NCBI RefSeq assembly: GCF_018350175.1
Contig: NC_058368.1
Location: forward strand, 67,210,001-67,274,000
Reading direction: 5' to 3'
Length of the DNA: 64,000 bases
From: Felis catus
Lineage: Eukaryota
Shown here one piece after another: positions 63,967 through 64,000 of the stretch (positions within the stretch are counted from its first letter, which is position 1; each line of letters begins with the position of its first letter). Position numbers and translations under genes: made by a program. The notes beneath the pieces were generated by a model that saw only the letters and a program-made list of their open reading frames with translations, ran no database searches and was not told where the DNA came from.

Positions 63967-64000
<34 letters not shown>
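63967..64000. repeat. (GT)n microsatellite running off the window
   Basis: Seen directly. Confidence 0.95.

Larger units (their letters stand above)
46728..64000 (+). other. CLDN10: CLDN10 intron 1 (5' part)
   Basis: Follows the exon 1a donor. I found no exon 1b or exon 2 (YIQACRGLM...) sequence in the window, consistent with a very long first intron. Confidence 0.85.

Overview
Mammalian, repeat-dominated genomic DNA from a felid, inferred from dense feline-type CAN-SINEs and L1_Fc-type 3' ends. The only protein-coding feature I can support is the first coding exon (exon 1a) of CLDN10, claudin-10a (46514-46727, + strand). About 46 kb of upstream DNA precedes it and about 17 kb of intron 1 follows. 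Most ORFs in the supplied track are SINE, L1 or simple-repeat artefacts. Notable structure: (1) an internally deleted two-LTR ERV1-class provirus (7245-12524, - strand) with a tRNA-Ser-like PBS, PPT, and gag, pro, truncated RT and truncated env remnants, inserted into an older LTR16-type element; (2) a second in-frame splice donor 57 nt inside exon 1a; (3) candidate regulatory sites, including an HNF1-like site, a perfect DR4, a CTCF core plus upstream motif, and a CpG-retaining LTR; (4) a young solo LTR inside a SINE, and many young SINE/L1 insertions with intact TSDs; (5) a 100-N assembly gap. I see no convincing wholly new biological system. Repeat family names come from memory of consensus sequences, not a database search, and boundaries of old repeats are approximate.
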